Virus record (IMG/VR): IMGVR_UViG_3300001589_007665
Coordinates: 14,910-78,909 of that record
Length of the DNA stretch: 64,000 nt
Strand: one strand, 5' to 3'
Origin: a virus
Part shown: positions 24,001 through 32,566 of the stretch, in pieces
Layout: each line of letters opens with the position of its first letter
How positions within the stretch are numbered: the first letter of the stretch is position 1
Notes under the pieces: generated by a model
What the model was told of the DNA's origin: nothing
Databases searched by the model: none
Seen by the model: the letters and a program-made list of their open reading frames with translations, nothing else
Program-made: the position numbers and the translations under genes

Positions 24001-25344
24001 ATACCTAACCTAAAGATAAAAATAGCAGGATTACAAGATGATAGCGTTGGTTGTTTTTTAGACAAACAAGGGAATGCTGTTCGGCCATCAAATCTTACAC
24101 AGTATGAGATAGACTGTCCTAAAACAGTTTGTACACAAGCATTTTTAGCCAGATCTCAAGAAAGAACAGATTTGTTTAAAGTATTAGAAGAAATAGGAGT
24201 TAAGTATCAAACAGATCCTAGTGACAATATTGAAGTTGTGTATTCTCCCTATACTGATAATCAGGATATACATTCTCATAAAACCTATCGCTTTACTAAT
24301 AATACCGAACAGTCTAAAGAGCCCTTTGTTTATAATATAGAAGTTGATGACGATTCATACTGGATCAATATAGACCCAAGACAAAAATGCAAAACTAGTA
24401 GAGATATGTCAGCTAAAATTTTAGTTAAAGCAGTTTACACTTGTGTTCCAACAGTAGGTATCGTTACTAAGATGATTGAATATGATGTAGCAACAGACAA
24501 TGCTCAGTCTATATGTGCTAGGAAGACCGCTAGTATCGAAGGTCCAGTTACTAGGATGGAAAACAGAGGCAATACTTTTGAATATACTTTTGACTTAGCT
24601 CATATATCTAGAATGAAGTTTTGGTATCAAGAAAAATATGGAATACCACTTAATGTTTGGGAAGAAAAAACTTTTCCTGGAAAAGCTCCTGCATTAGGAA
24701 ACGGTACTATTACTAGATCATTTTTTATAAGACCAGGTGTAGAAGCAGAAGATGTTTTGGTAGAAGTTACGGAGACTTATCTAACTCCTTCAGAAAATTA
24801 TTTTCGTAGTACTATAGGTCTAGACCCTAAGAACAATGTTGCTGCACAGTGGGACACTAGTGATCCGAGTTGGGATGAGGTTTATGGAAGAGGTCAATAT
24901 TCTGATGATTATGTAAATAAAGAACCTTATGTTGAAACATATGGTGAGTATGTTGGAGAAGTAAGAGATATTATACCTGATTCTATATTAGAGAATCCAT
25001 ATTTAATTTGTAGTAGTAGAGTTATTCCAAGAAAATTAAAAAACCTAGATACTCATTATGAAAAATATACATATGGTCCTATGGGCGAAGTATACAAGAA
25101 TTTTCCTAGTGTTGGGCCTGGAGGTCCTTTCACTAATATCTTACAAATGTGGCATTGTGTGGATCCTACTAAACAATTAAACAATACTGAAGCTCCAGAT
25201 TATTTTAAACTGCAAAATGAAATGATATTTAGAGCTTACTTTGGAAGTAACGACAATTTGGAACATAAAGATAATTATGTTGATAGTTTAGAAACTTTTG
25301 AGTGGACTCCCTATGAATACATACCAGAAAGGGATGAAAACTAA
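18031..25344 (+). CDS. Giant hypothetical virion protein (2437 aa) with PKD-like and P-domain-like segments, a hydrophobic segment and a polyproline tract
   Basis: FSFKLISGP...FTKIGRYRIRLTVS...SDEFSVTLV (PKD-like); IKDVEVKLNF...LCSWEVII; AALAMALASIASMGLLGGVVGIMAAFVISL. Confidence 0.45.
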   Translation: MSSFFNNYMVNDLESYNLPPDASVINFPEGFSGDVSINTEWLLSQMQNTSVDREGWRPIWVTLGSSNVTTKTINRNLTESKSILGCERFLSFQPKFREWQVKSGFPNMSLDWHLNTNDLPHDPLYGIIGWFAKSTASNFNIGEQSYNLYIADGDIFSYADSALPRQVIYNLSLCSKTHISPTLWKKYQKIYSILTSNRPMQNTDGDAISFHQQRWLRKIAAVFASGPQLDGITQEILTDSNVLDFLFTETIPSLITSSTNEITAINKFLDYIDNNTSSTQLNGSIYENQINYSYISTKKELFTKLMSKYTAYLDLNKPSVISYPIDNGPHFYMNQVLTDHCDKNLKGTTVYNNIHFQAGPYEFKSNFSNRTTEYIIKGADKEYKIPTFDIAKNFQFYEIDKPIGVTVGGDVYIPVTKQGNSNLNEDNTARCEDGRLATGVTLPKLQLSTEYLRSVLGDAYFPFFDIDAATFSFKLISGPNKGIIFTENDLEQEMNFTKIGRYRIRLTVSIDTLSVSDEFSVTLVNKTGCIIGIDANGEIAVKDPASNDGGWSVDGGLSDSERRRFLGGGAEAEEADEAVDFIPDNYYSPTNESPVTFGRNRAKQYVNYIDNRKSVLTIQEIPVDTVKPLCPGVRQLMMSKYGVICPVKTNSYIAVDAPDTLPNDDGQSSGADTILRLDDATRFNKFFFKTIESGDNSTELKISYIPGNATMKLYRMNLESIRDGDSNGFSNTGYGSGSSTAKSPYQNFLYKIKKPNRERTANETKFYREAPGETSMLLRYNKDKAYIESVETYPSLEFGLERAPGIATFGGWEGDKEGLFENTPDYDQLKNYFISKGNVSYFPKYVKGHWLNYHKPGDAEFGGGWKGPPAICYLREAKVYSDTDSSNGYDALNPNIRFQKGTFDPSVGFLLGDNPYNNKTSSLKFNAGNKKSFLFKGPGFYNGIRGDGSVPIKEGKENINEVPQSVSMRSNITLNNNGWQAQFVNVEGSDGQTEIILDNPNVIEEFATHHGYRRLGGYGDAKIPQLWKSDEYEVSPGSYTFAQRGKRLIAEGRDQDGTLIAAQIKDVEVKLNFLNQVNLKDVKIKLSMRPSFSTRSRMKPKSDGISLNPTTKEFNTDPYSYANSTTTQTIQNFNTEADEYTEAYEDRSSLYDNIQHEGLAQYMRSLDLDNNITTDSFTLTLLNRENVDANTIDTCLRFSDRANKYNVPTNYNIYNSGLNLNQNITSTILPPSLSNPRYSMKEINEYSAMMRTNDFIPLSNTFAKFRNHFIFKGALEESDKEGSIVKPDSNTTFTLEIECFGDDDMVSLDTISNLASKLDEKPSENKRSSDSLFNSLCSWEVIIHTDTPKMNDGDSLGMINYGYAPDIPGHNYISTDPNIKLKLPKTVLDAPNNSLSDYSDCIFDDETRETIGYIRPPEAIKFPSAALAMALASIASMGLLGGVVGIMAAFVISLPSFSFITKMLSNIRRAEVDQALSDATVKSDYTKYGYGQSDKILLNVGSNKGIVYNLEAAIYRYSNTPILKQKVRDYVKPGPCFLPELGTFPLTELKDILDLFEPEDISKELADELKTKPSINSIPHKILMNNNIMSLDLESPQTMRLIPGKRAYNYFDVGQEVYDPGIFCTDVGPKFDLVSNLGPPSYSPPPPSPPPLPPPSPPSPPPPSSPGFESASYHEEEPSPSPPPSSPPPPVSLPPPPPPPKPATILAKGFILINGLYYTILQFNISLQYSSICLKPDENPNILVYSTVGDAPSYNHVIPASQTNNTLFPQLSYGSSQIVNSSFVSNQDIHNRLPTIYDIFNNQENNVKSLSRVNLFGKYLTKGDGSIGGRLTRNSIPEKHDLENYKGKESMATTSDPDNGSTTAVAGYSYNLFDLYSPISRTSSQGIELKTQDSNLISPNLQDLLTNIENVSDKHFNIVEIKSQKFSKPWQDVDIQGFATIENEFQPGFCIGLNSIQGKNGTIVTHIIDRLNFLNSTDSLVGDESFNQMSIPNLKIKIAGLQDDSVGCFLDKQGNAVRPSNLTQYEIDCPKTVCTQAFLARSQERTDLFKVLEEIGVKYQTDPSDNIEVVYSPYTDNQDIHSHKTYRFTNNTEQSKEPFVYNIEVDDDSYWINIDPRQKCKTSRDMSAKILVKAVYTCVPTVGIVTKMIEYDVATDNAQSICARKTASIEGPVTRMENRGNTFEYTFDLAHISRMKFWYQEKYGIPLNVWEEKTFPGKAPALGNGTITRSFFIRPGVEAEDVLVEVTETYLTPSENYFRSTIGLDPKNNVAAQWDTSDPSWDEVYGRGQYSDDYVNKEPYVETYGEYVGEVRDIIPDSILENPYLICSSRVIPRKLKNLDTHYEKYTYGPMGEVYKNFPSVGPGGPFTNILQMWHCVDPTKQLNNTEAPDYFKLQNEMIFRAYFGSNDNLEHKDNYVDSLETFEWTPYEYIPERDEN
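22945..23130 (+). repeat. Coding polyproline/SPPP tract
   Basis: GPPSYSPPPPSPPPLPPPSPPSPPPPSS...SLPPPPPPP. Confidence 0.9.
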
Positions 25345-25718
25345 TGGAATTGTGTGAGCTATTAACACATGATGGATATGATTTTAAATGTAAAAACTGT
25401 GGTATAGTTTTGAGTTTTCAAGAGTACCAATTGAGTGAACCAGTATATGTTTGTAATATGTCTATTAAGAAAAATGAAAGTTTTCCATCTTTTATTAAAA
25501 AAATTAAAAATTTTGCATTGGCCACAATAACTCATATAGCTACTGGTGCAAAAATGTGTGATGATAAAACAATACAGAAACGTTATGAAATATGCCAATC
25601 TTGCAGTAATTTTACCAATAATTCTTGTAAATTATGTGGGTGTTCATTGAGTAGAAATAAGCGTTTTATTAGCAAATTGGCTTGGAAAGATCAAAAATGC
25701 CCAATAAACAAGTGGTAG
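25344..25718 (+). CDS. Small Cys-rich metal-binding protein (DUF6171-like)
   Basis: RYEICQSC...CKLCGC...KLAW...CPINKW; TAATG coupling to the upstream gene. Confidence 0.6.
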   Translation: MELCELLTHDGYDFKCKNCGIVLSFQEYQLSEPVYVCNMSIKKNESFPSFIKKIKNFALATITHIATGAKMCDDKTIQKRYEICQSCSNFTNNSCKLCGCSLSRNKRFISKLAWKDQKCPINKW

Positions 25719-25766
25719 GTGTATAAGTAAACATAACTATATAGTCTTAAAATGATAGGATAAGTC

Positions 25767-26813
25767 ATGCCCAAAATTTCAGAATTAGACATTATTAAAC
25801 GGTTAACCGAAGATGATTTTTTTCTGGTTGTAGACAAAGAGACTTCTACAACAAGACAGATTAAACTTTCTGATATTTTAGATATTGTTCAGCATGTTTT
25901 TAAATTAGAGATTAGAAGAGATCCTCCAGGACCAATAGAAAGACCTCCTTTAGCAGTTGTACGTACTCCTGGAACTTTAATTTCTAGCCCAGATTTATCC
26001 TCACAAATATTCAACACCCAAACCTCTGTCGCTGGTAAGATTGGAAAATCTGGTAGCCTGTCTTTTACAAGACACACAATCTCAAGATTAAATACAGAAC
26101 TTTTAGCTTTAGGATTCAAGCTAGTATCAACCTCAGGAGCTAATACTGGAGGTAAAACTAATTATACTCAACCAAACAATAATACTCATCATTCATGGAA
26201 TAGAGCTAAAAATACTTGGGAAACTATTCCCGCTACTCAAAGCAGCTGGATAGGCTCTATGACCATAATTCCAAATACAGATATCTCTAATTTAATTGAC
26301 TCATACTCTGTCACATCTACAGAAAGTATAATTACATTAGCATATGATTCATTTGCTTTGCCTAATAGATATATTGTTACTGCTGTCAACGCTAATGAAC
26401 AATACGGATCTGCAGAATCTAATGTGGTAATATTTGATACATATCATGAGGTTACTGGAGCTCAAACAGTTAGTATGTGTAAACCTTCTGGTTACAATAA
26501 AATAAGAGTACAAATTAAATCTGAAAGAGGAAATAGTTTTGAGTACACCTTAAAAGATAGTGGTACAGCATGTTCGGTATCTCCTACTCCTATACCTGTG
26601 ACACCAACTGTTACTCCGACATCATTTGCTACTCCTACTCCAACTTCTACTCCTAGAGTAACACCTAATGCTCCTACAGCGACACCAACTGTTACTCCAA
26701 CTAGTTCTGCAACACCAACCGTTACGCCAACTAGTTCTGTGACACCAACTGTTACTCTAACAAGCTCAGTAACTCCAACCAAAACACCGACACCAACAGT
26801 CACCCCATCCTAA
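25767..26813 (+). CDS. Tail-fibre-like protein with KISEL-type N-terminus and C-terminal PT tract
   Basis: MPKISELD...DDFFLVVD..TTRQIKLSDI resembles N-termini of phage fibre proteins; ends in (TP)n. Confidence 0.55.
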   Translation: MPKISELDIIKRLTEDDFFLVVDKETSTTRQIKLSDILDIVQHVFKLEIRRDPPGPIERPPLAVVRTPGTLISSPDLSSQIFNTQTSVAGKIGKSGSLSFTRHTISRLNTELLALGFKLVSTSGANTGGKTNYTQPNNNTHHSWNRAKNTWETIPATQSSWIGSMTIIPNTDISNLIDSYSVTSTESIITLAYDSFALPNRYIVTAVNANEQYGSAESNVVIFDTYHEVTGAQTVSMCKPSGYNKIRVQIKSERGNSFEYTLKDSGTACSVSPTPIPVTPTVTPTSFATPTPTSTPRVTPNAPTATPTVTPTSSATPTVTPTSSVTPTVTLTSSVTPTKTPTPTVTPS

Positions 26814-26833
26814 TAAAAATATAGGTTATAACA

Positions 26834-28981
26834 ATGGCGCATACATCACTATTTGATTTTACTAGACCCCATAGATCTGTTAATTTGCTCACCACTTCTG
26901 GTGAATGGGATGGAAAAATTAGAGCTACTACGGTAGGCACTAATGGCATGCCATCATATTATGAAACTTATGATCAAAATGGAGGAGTTTCTGAATTTAC
27001 AGAAAAGTCTGTACTTTTAAGAGACAAAGATTTAAATGGAATGCCATATAATTTTTCTATGGGTAAACAGGCTTGGGGAGGTAATTATCTTTTATCAAAA
27101 GATGGATTTACAGCTTCTAGAAACCAAGAATCATTTACTACAGTAGCTATTAGTTCTGGCAATTCCGGTTTTGGATTCAGAGTCGGTTCTATCAGCTCTT
27201 CTATAGAATTAAGCGGTACCGTTTCTGGTGCAAATATTACTTTTTCTGCTGGAACATATGATCCAATACACATGGATAAAAGAGTTGAAGTTTCAGGTTC
27301 TGGCATGTTGAGCTTTGCAACTATTGCTAATGTAGTTCTAAAATCTAACAACGAAGTAAAAGTCATATTAGATAGAGATAGTAATGTTAATGGAGACAGA
27401 AATATAAAACTTACTTTGTCAAACCCTTTTAATATTCCACATATGGCTATTGTAGCTAATTCTGGAAACAGTCCAGATGGTTTTTCACCAGGACATGGTA
27501 AAGTTGATTCTAATTATAATATTGGTAAATATTGTGTCACTAATGATCAATGGACAAATTTTTTAAATACAGCAGCTTCTGGATCTTTACATGATGAGCT
27601 ATGGAATTCAAAAATGGAAGGTATTGAAAGAACTGGCGTAGGCTCTACTTATGAATATACAACCAAAGATCTCTATTACAACAAGCCTTTAGAAGTTGTC
27701 AGCTGGCAAGCTGCTGCTATGTATTGCAATTTCTTGCATAATTCTAGTAAAAACGACACAAGACCAGCTTCTGCAAGATTATTAGATGGGGCTTATGATC
27801 TCAAAAGTAATGTTAAAAGCTTTAATAGAAGTTCTGGTGCGAGATACTTTTTGCCGTCTGTTAGTGAATGGTATAAAGCAGCATATTATAATCCTGGTGG
27901 TACAGATATTTATGGTAGAACATATATTCCTAGTGGTGCGGGATATAAAGATTTTGCTATTATGAATGATGAAGAACCTTCTGTTCAAGAAAGCATCAAT
28001 GATCATGGCGATGGTCCCCAAGTATTAGATGCTGGTCTTTTTGATAGAAATAGTTTCGAAGAAATTGTAAAATTATCTGGACATAGTGGTTCTGATAAAA
28101 TTTTATGGGCTTTACATGGAGCCGCTGACAGATGGGATAGTGTTATTACTCTTATTAGAGATTATAGACATAAAGATGCTCAGACACAAGGTCAATACAA
28201 GAATTCTGCTAGATATTTTCAAATGAAAACAGCATATGAGCATCATTCTGCAGCCATTAGAAAAACAGGAGCTCTTTGGTATGGACTTAAGCTAGATCAG
28301 ATTAATTTTTATTCTAGTTCTGATAACAGCATAGCGTCTTGTGGACCTCAAATGATAGCGTTTACAGATGATAAACTTCCTGGCTCTGTTACCTCATGTA
28401 GACAAAGATGGATGCCATTAACATTTGTTTTAGACGTTAATACACGTTTTTTAAATACTTTTAGCGAAAATGATTGGTTGGAAATTATGACTCATGAATT
28501 GGGTCATGGTTTAGGTTTCGGCACTTTATGGAACAGAAATTTTGGCCCTAACGTAAGAAATCCATGGAACAGCTGTAGTAGTGCAGGTGGAACTGGATCT
28601 GAAGGAGCATATAATGCTACTGATTTAGATGGAGATTTCTTTATTAACACAAGCAAAGCATACAATTCTGCTGTTAATGACGGAGTAGAAAGAAGACTAA
28701 TACCCATTACTGGAGCTCACTGGGTTAGTAATTATAGGGACGATACTACCGCTACAGACGGATTAGAATATCCAGGCTTAAGTAACGAGTTGATGCAAGT
28801 TAATTATATTGCTAACAGTATAATTTCAACAGTAACTATTAATAACATGATTGACTTAGGTTATTACGGTCATGTAAATCATATTACTGGCGAATCCAGC
28901 TTAAGTTTAGACAACAAAGTAGGTGCATCTTCTATACCTAGAATTATAGGTCTCGGTGACCCAAATTGTCGTCAAGTATAA
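26834..28981 (+). CDS. Circularly permuted FGE/C-type-lectin domain fused to a leishmanolysin (M8)-like zinc metallopeptidase
   Basis: FGE motifs YNIGKYCVTNDQW, VSWQAAAMYCNFL, LPSVSEWYKAAYY, GFRVG; protease motifs HELGHGLGFG, AHW, NELM, DLGY. Confidence 0.7.
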   Translation: MAHTSLFDFTRPHRSVNLLTTSGEWDGKIRATTVGTNGMPSYYETYDQNGGVSEFTEKSVLLRDKDLNGMPYNFSMGKQAWGGNYLLSKDGFTASRNQESFTTVAISSGNSGFGFRVGSISSSIELSGTVSGANITFSAGTYDPIHMDKRVEVSGSGMLSFATIANVVLKSNNEVKVILDRDSNVNGDRNIKLTLSNPFNIPHMAIVANSGNSPDGFSPGHGKVDSNYNIGKYCVTNDQWTNFLNTAASGSLHDELWNSKMEGIERTGVGSTYEYTTKDLYYNKPLEVVSWQAAAMYCNFLHNSSKNDTRPASARLLDGAYDLKSNVKSFNRSSGARYFLPSVSEWYKAAYYNPGGTDIYGRTYIPSGAGYKDFAIMNDEEPSVQESINDHGDGPQVLDAGLFDRNSFEEIVKLSGHSGSDKILWALHGAADRWDSVITLIRDYRHKDAQTQGQYKNSARYFQMKTAYEHHSAAIRKTGALWYGLKLDQINFYSSSDNSIASCGPQMIAFTDDKLPGSVTSCRQRWMPLTFVLDVNTRFLNTFSENDWLEIMTHELGHGLGFGTLWNRNFGPNVRNPWNSCSSAGGTGSEGAYNATDLDGDFFINTSKAYNSAVNDGVERRLIPITGAHWVSNYRDDTTATDGLEYPGLSNELMQVNYIANSIISTVTINNMIDLGYYGHVNHITGESSLSLDNKVGASSIPRIIGLGDPNCRQV

Positions 28982-28982
28982 A

Positions 28983-29309
28983 TTATTTTTTATTATTGGA
29001 TGTATATTTATACCATCCATTATTCTTGGTATAATTACCATCGGCATCTTTTCTCTTGGGGAAAAGAGTTCCGCCCTTTTTATGTTGACCATATGACAGA
29101 ACTGCTCCGCAGTCCATGCATCGTAATTCATAGTATTCATTATCATCCACAACTCTTACTACAAACTTAATATTTTCAGATCCACATATTCCACATTTAA
29201 CTTCTCCAAAAATTTCTTGGATACTAGCTATTTCTTTAAAAAGCTCTTTTTGGCCAGCACCATCTAATTCAAACTCAAGTTTGTCTCCTACCTTATATTT
29301 TGCTTTCAT
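28983..29309 (-). CDS. Hypothetical zinc-ribbon protein
   Basis: CGICGS...CMDCG. Confidence 0.55.
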   Translation of the reverse strand: MKAKYKVGDKLEFELDGAGQKELFKEIASIQEIFGEVKCGICGSENIKFVVRVVDDNEYYELRCMDCGAVLSYGQHKKGGTLFPKRKDADGNYTKNNGWYKYTSNNKK

Positions 29310-29313
29310 AATA

Positions 29314-29991
29314 CTATTTCCACTCCGAATTATATTCTAGGATAGTTGAAGGTATATTATCTACGTCTTGTTGATAGGCAGATAATTTTCTAATCATCTT
29401 AACAGCATCTCCATGGTCCATAGCATATATATTCTTAGAATCTATACTTTCAGAATCAAGCAATGATGTTATATTTATATTAAGTCTTTTTCCTAATACG
29501 TCAATGAAATTAATCTGATTATTTGTTATTTTACTAACAGTATTCCCATCTAGATCCTCTACCTCTTTAGCTATTTCTTCCGCAGCAACAACTTTTCTAA
29601 GCTTTAAGCCCCTTCTCAAGGCCCTACCTTCAGCCCTAGTTTCTGCTACAGCAATAGGATGATTTCTATATATCTTGTCGCAATTGCCCCAATAAACGTC
29701 AGCGGCCCCATTAACGGTTATTGTTTTAAATTGTTGATCAATCTTCGGATCATTTAAAATATAGACCAGGGTGTGTATCACTGTGGCTCTGTTGCCATTC
29801 TCTGGGTTTGGAAACTGAGGTATGCTAGAAGAACACTCTACGAGAGTACAATCCAAAGCGGCCTCAAATATTCTTCTCAAGCCATCTGTAGTAGGATTGT
29901 CCGCAATTTTTTCATCATCAGACAATAGTCCTAGAACGTAATCATTCCATTCAATATCATTAGGAGAAGGCTTATTAGGTTTTCTTGGCAT
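29314..29991 (-). CDS. Putative single-strand annealing protein (Rad52/Sak-like)
   Basis: AVAETRAEGRALRRGL...AEEI helix and a TNNQINFI C-terminal module. Confidence 0.4.
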   Translation of the reverse strand: MPRKPNKPSPNDIEWNDYVLGLLSDDEKIADNPTTDGLRRIFEAALDCTLVECSSSIPQFPNPENGNRATVIHTLVYILNDPKIDQQFKTITVNGAADVYWGNCDKIYRNHPIAVAETRAEGRALRRGLKLRKVVAAEEIAKEVEDLDGNTVSKITNNQINFIDVLGKRLNINITSLLDSESIDSKNIYAMDHGDAVKMIRKLSAYQQDVDNIPSTILEYNSEWK

Positions 29992-29993
29992 TT

Positions 29994-30803
29994 TTAATTA
30001 TCCTTAATGTGAAAAATTCTATTATCTGCATCTGGAAATTTATCAGTTATTTGTTTAACAATATCTAGTAATTGATCAAATATTAGGTAGGATCTAGAAA
30101 CGGAAAAGTCCATTTTTTGTTGTATGCGTACTAGCACCATTCCTTTGCCTAATATTAAACCTTGTTTTTTATTATCATATGTTTTAGTCTTCTTTAATGT
30201 ATCCGATCCCCATACAGGACTAAAATGTGAAGGCCCATCAACTTCTATCGCTACATTTATCTTAGGAAGATACAGGTCTATTTGCAACTTTGTATTTACA
30301 AGACTTTGCTCTTGATGAAATATAACATCTATATTGTTCTTAATGAGTTGCTCTAATAAAAATTTTTCTAGTTTTGACCCAACTTTACTAGTAGTTCTTA
30401 TCGCTTCATTAGCAGATTGTTTCATTAATTGCTTTTGCTCATCAGACATGTCATTCCATAGTTTTCTATGAGTTTCTTTTCTTTGTTCAAGTTCGTTACT
30501 ATCTAAACTATCCCAAGACTGCAAAACTCCCATGCCTATTTTCCTTTTCGTTTCTTCGGTGCGATGAGTACCTTTGGTTGGATGTTTATGTTTACCTGTT
30601 TTTAAAGCATTTTTTTGTGCTTCGCTTTTATTTCTAATTGGTATATTAAACTTTTTAGCATCTCTCCTTAACTTATTGGCATATGTATTATATGTGGACG
30701 CTATATCAGCAAAACTGTTTTTGTTTTTAACATATAAGTCTTTTAGCAGTTCTATTTTTTTAGCGTCTGTTAAATTATTATAGGATGTTTTTGATGCTTT
30801 CAT
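29994..30803 (-). CDS. Putative free-standing homing endonuclease (NUMOD3 + Vsr/DUF559-like nuclease)
   Basis: HPTKGTHRTEETKRKIG (NUMOD3); IDLYLPKINVAIEVDGPSH. Confidence 0.7.
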   Translation of the reverse strand: MKASKTSYNNLTDAKKIELLKDLYVKNKNSFADIASTYNTYANKLRRDAKKFNIPIRNKSEAQKNALKTGKHKHPTKGTHRTEETKRKIGMGVLQSWDSLDSNELEQRKETHRKLWNDMSDEQKQLMKQSANEAIRTTSKVGSKLEKFLLEQLIKNNIDVIFHQEQSLVNTKLQIDLYLPKINVAIEVDGPSHFSPVWGSDTLKKTKTYDNKKQGLILGKGMVLVRIQQKMDFSVSRSYLIFDQLLDIVKQITDKFPDADNRIFHIKDN

Positions 30804-31236
30804 GGTTTAGGTTCCTAGAGATACATATTGGTTTTTTCCAGCATAAGTCATAAACTTCTGATATTTTATCATTAGAAGCTATAAATTCCAAATTCTTTGT
30901 TTCAAACATTTCTTTTATGTTTTGATATCTAGAATATGATTGATTAGACCATATAGAATCTGAAACAAAAAAGAATATTTTATTAATATTAGGAAAATTC
31001 TTTGCCATCATTAATGACAAACTATCAAATACAACAAGATTGCCATAGAAAAACTTTGCCTGATTAATGTGTAATATAGGTATGTTTTTGGTGTGTAATT
31101 TTTCGTTATAGCTATTAAAAATACATATCTGATTATACGGATTGCTATCTATTATAGATTTTATAGACTCAAATATAGATTCATGCATTTGGGCATTATT
31201 CGTTTTTAGTATTATAAATCCTAAATCTTGTTTCAT
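30778..31236 (-). CDS. Hypothetical protein, possibly a glycosyltransferase-like fragment
   Basis: 152 aa, coupled to neighbours; weak Rossmann-like pattern. Confidence 0.35.
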   Translation of the reverse strand: MKQDLGFIILKTNNAQMHESIFESIKSIIDSNPYNQICIFNSYNEKLHTKNIPILHINQAKFFYGNLVVFDSLSLMMAKNFPNINKIFFFVSDSIWSNQSYSRYQNIKEMFETKNLEFIASNDKISEVYDLCWKKPICISRNLNHESIKNIL

Positions 31237-31892
31237 TTAATGATGCTCCCAATATAGTCTGAGTATGTTTGATATTTTTTAGAGTCTAAATTTATTTCGT
31301 TTAATTTTGTGTCTAATACCTTGCATCCACACAAAGTTGCCTCTAAAGCATAGAATTGATTTTGACAGATGTAAGTGTGGGAATCATTTAAGACATTATT
31401 TTTATCATTCTCTGTTAAGAAACCTAAATTCTGTACATGATTTATTTTTTGATTATTAAACATTTTAATTTTATATTTGCTTTTATTAGGATATAATAAC
31501 CGTGTCATATCATCGTTTATATCTGTTTCATTATCTAAAAAGTAAGAAGCATTAATGCCTCTGCTTTTATTTTGTTGATTAAAAAATCTATATGGATTGT
31601 ATAATAGAGGGATATCTTTGTCATATAGATGAACGATATTTTTTATCTTATCGACATCTGTTGCTTGTTCTGAAATATGATAAACTATTATTTTACTATC
31701 AGTAATATTTGTACAGAAATGAATCTCTTCATGCGTGAGTTTTTCTGCAACAAAAATATACAGATTTGGTTTTTTAGTTTGATGTATTTTATATACATTG
31801 TTGAAAAAGTCAATATACGCAATAGTATGGCCAGATACAGAGTCTAGATTATTAATAAACTTATTATCATCTTTTTGTACAATTATTTGCAT
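31233..31892 (-). CDS. Hypothetical, degenerate GT-B-like protein
   Basis: QNLGFLTE...NVLNDSHTYI...YALEATLCGCKVL resembles a GT-B C-terminal domain. Confidence 0.4.
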   Translation of the reverse strand: MQIIVQKDDNKFINNLDSVSGHTIAYIDFFNNVYKIHQTKKPNLYIFVAEKLTHEEIHFCTNITDSKIIVYHISEQATDVDKIKNIVHLYDKDIPLLYNPYRFFNQQNKSRGINASYFLDNETDINDDMTRLLYPNKSKYKIKMFNNQKINHVQNLGFLTENDKNNVLNDSHTYICQNQFYALEATLCGCKVLDTKLNEINLDSKKYQTYSDYIGSIIK

Positions 31893-32566
31893 TGAACAAA
31901 CCTTTTGGCTTTCTTTATGTCATTAGTACTATTTACTTTCATAATATTCCTATATGATATTGTATGATGCTCTATATCAGAACTTTCTTGTAAAAAATTT
32001 ATAATTTCAAATAGAAAATAATTATTAATTTGTTTCTGTTCATTCATTGTTAATATCTTTTGCAGATCAGACTTAACCAAAAAAGCACATTCGCACCATT
32101 TTTGTTGTAATTCGTAGAATAAATATTTAGAATCCTTGTTATGACAACCTATACTAAAATTATCTTTATCTCTGTCTAAAAGAAAAATTTTTGATTTATC
32201 TTTTTTTCTAATGCTGCTAAAACACCTATTTTTAAATAAAACTCCATTTTTTATAATAAACAGATTATTGAGACTATCTATATTGTTTTTAATATAATTG
32301 ATAATGTGCTTAGATTCGTTACAATTTTCGTATTCAGATTCATAAATACTATGTACATTTTTATACTTATCTGCAACCTTTTTAACTTTGTTATGTTGGA
32401 ATCCAGTAGATAAATATATTTTATTTTGTCTATTCATTATTTTTATTGATTTAATCTGATAGTCTAAGATTGTGTTTTTTGAATTAATAGGCAAAAGAGC
32501 TTTTGAACCTATTGATTTCATACCTTTTGTAATTTCTGGCATTATTATTAGATAGTCATTACTCAT
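31883..32566 (-). CDS. Nucleotidyltransferase-fold protein with degenerate signature
   Basis: IIMPEITKGMKSIGSKALLPI...ILDYQI...TGFQ; the usual LAAGxGxR loop is absent. Confidence 0.55.
   Translation of the reverse strand: MSNDYLIIMPEITKGMKSIGSKALLPINSKNTILDYQIKSIKIMNRQNKIYLSTGFQHNKVKKVADKYKNVHSIYESEYENCNESKHIINYIKNNIDSLNNLFIIKNGVLFKNRCFSSIRKKDKSKIFLLDRDKDNFSIGCHNKDSKYLFYELQQKWCECAFLVKSDLQKILTMNEQKQINNYFLFEIINFLQESSDIEHHTISYRNIMKVNSTNDIKKAKRFVQCK

Noticed and set aside
4508-26803. Minus-strand VGV-rich ORFs (4508, 4985, 7353, 8355, 26492) and the His/Leu/Arg-rich ORFs at 5927 and 22940
   Set aside because: Antisense or alternate-frame shadows of PT and polyproline repeats
8950-28020. Diversity-generating retroelement targeting the FGE/C-lectin domains
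   Set aside because: No reverse transcriptase and no near-identical TR/VR pair differing at adenines seen in the window; cannot be excluded elsewhere in the genome
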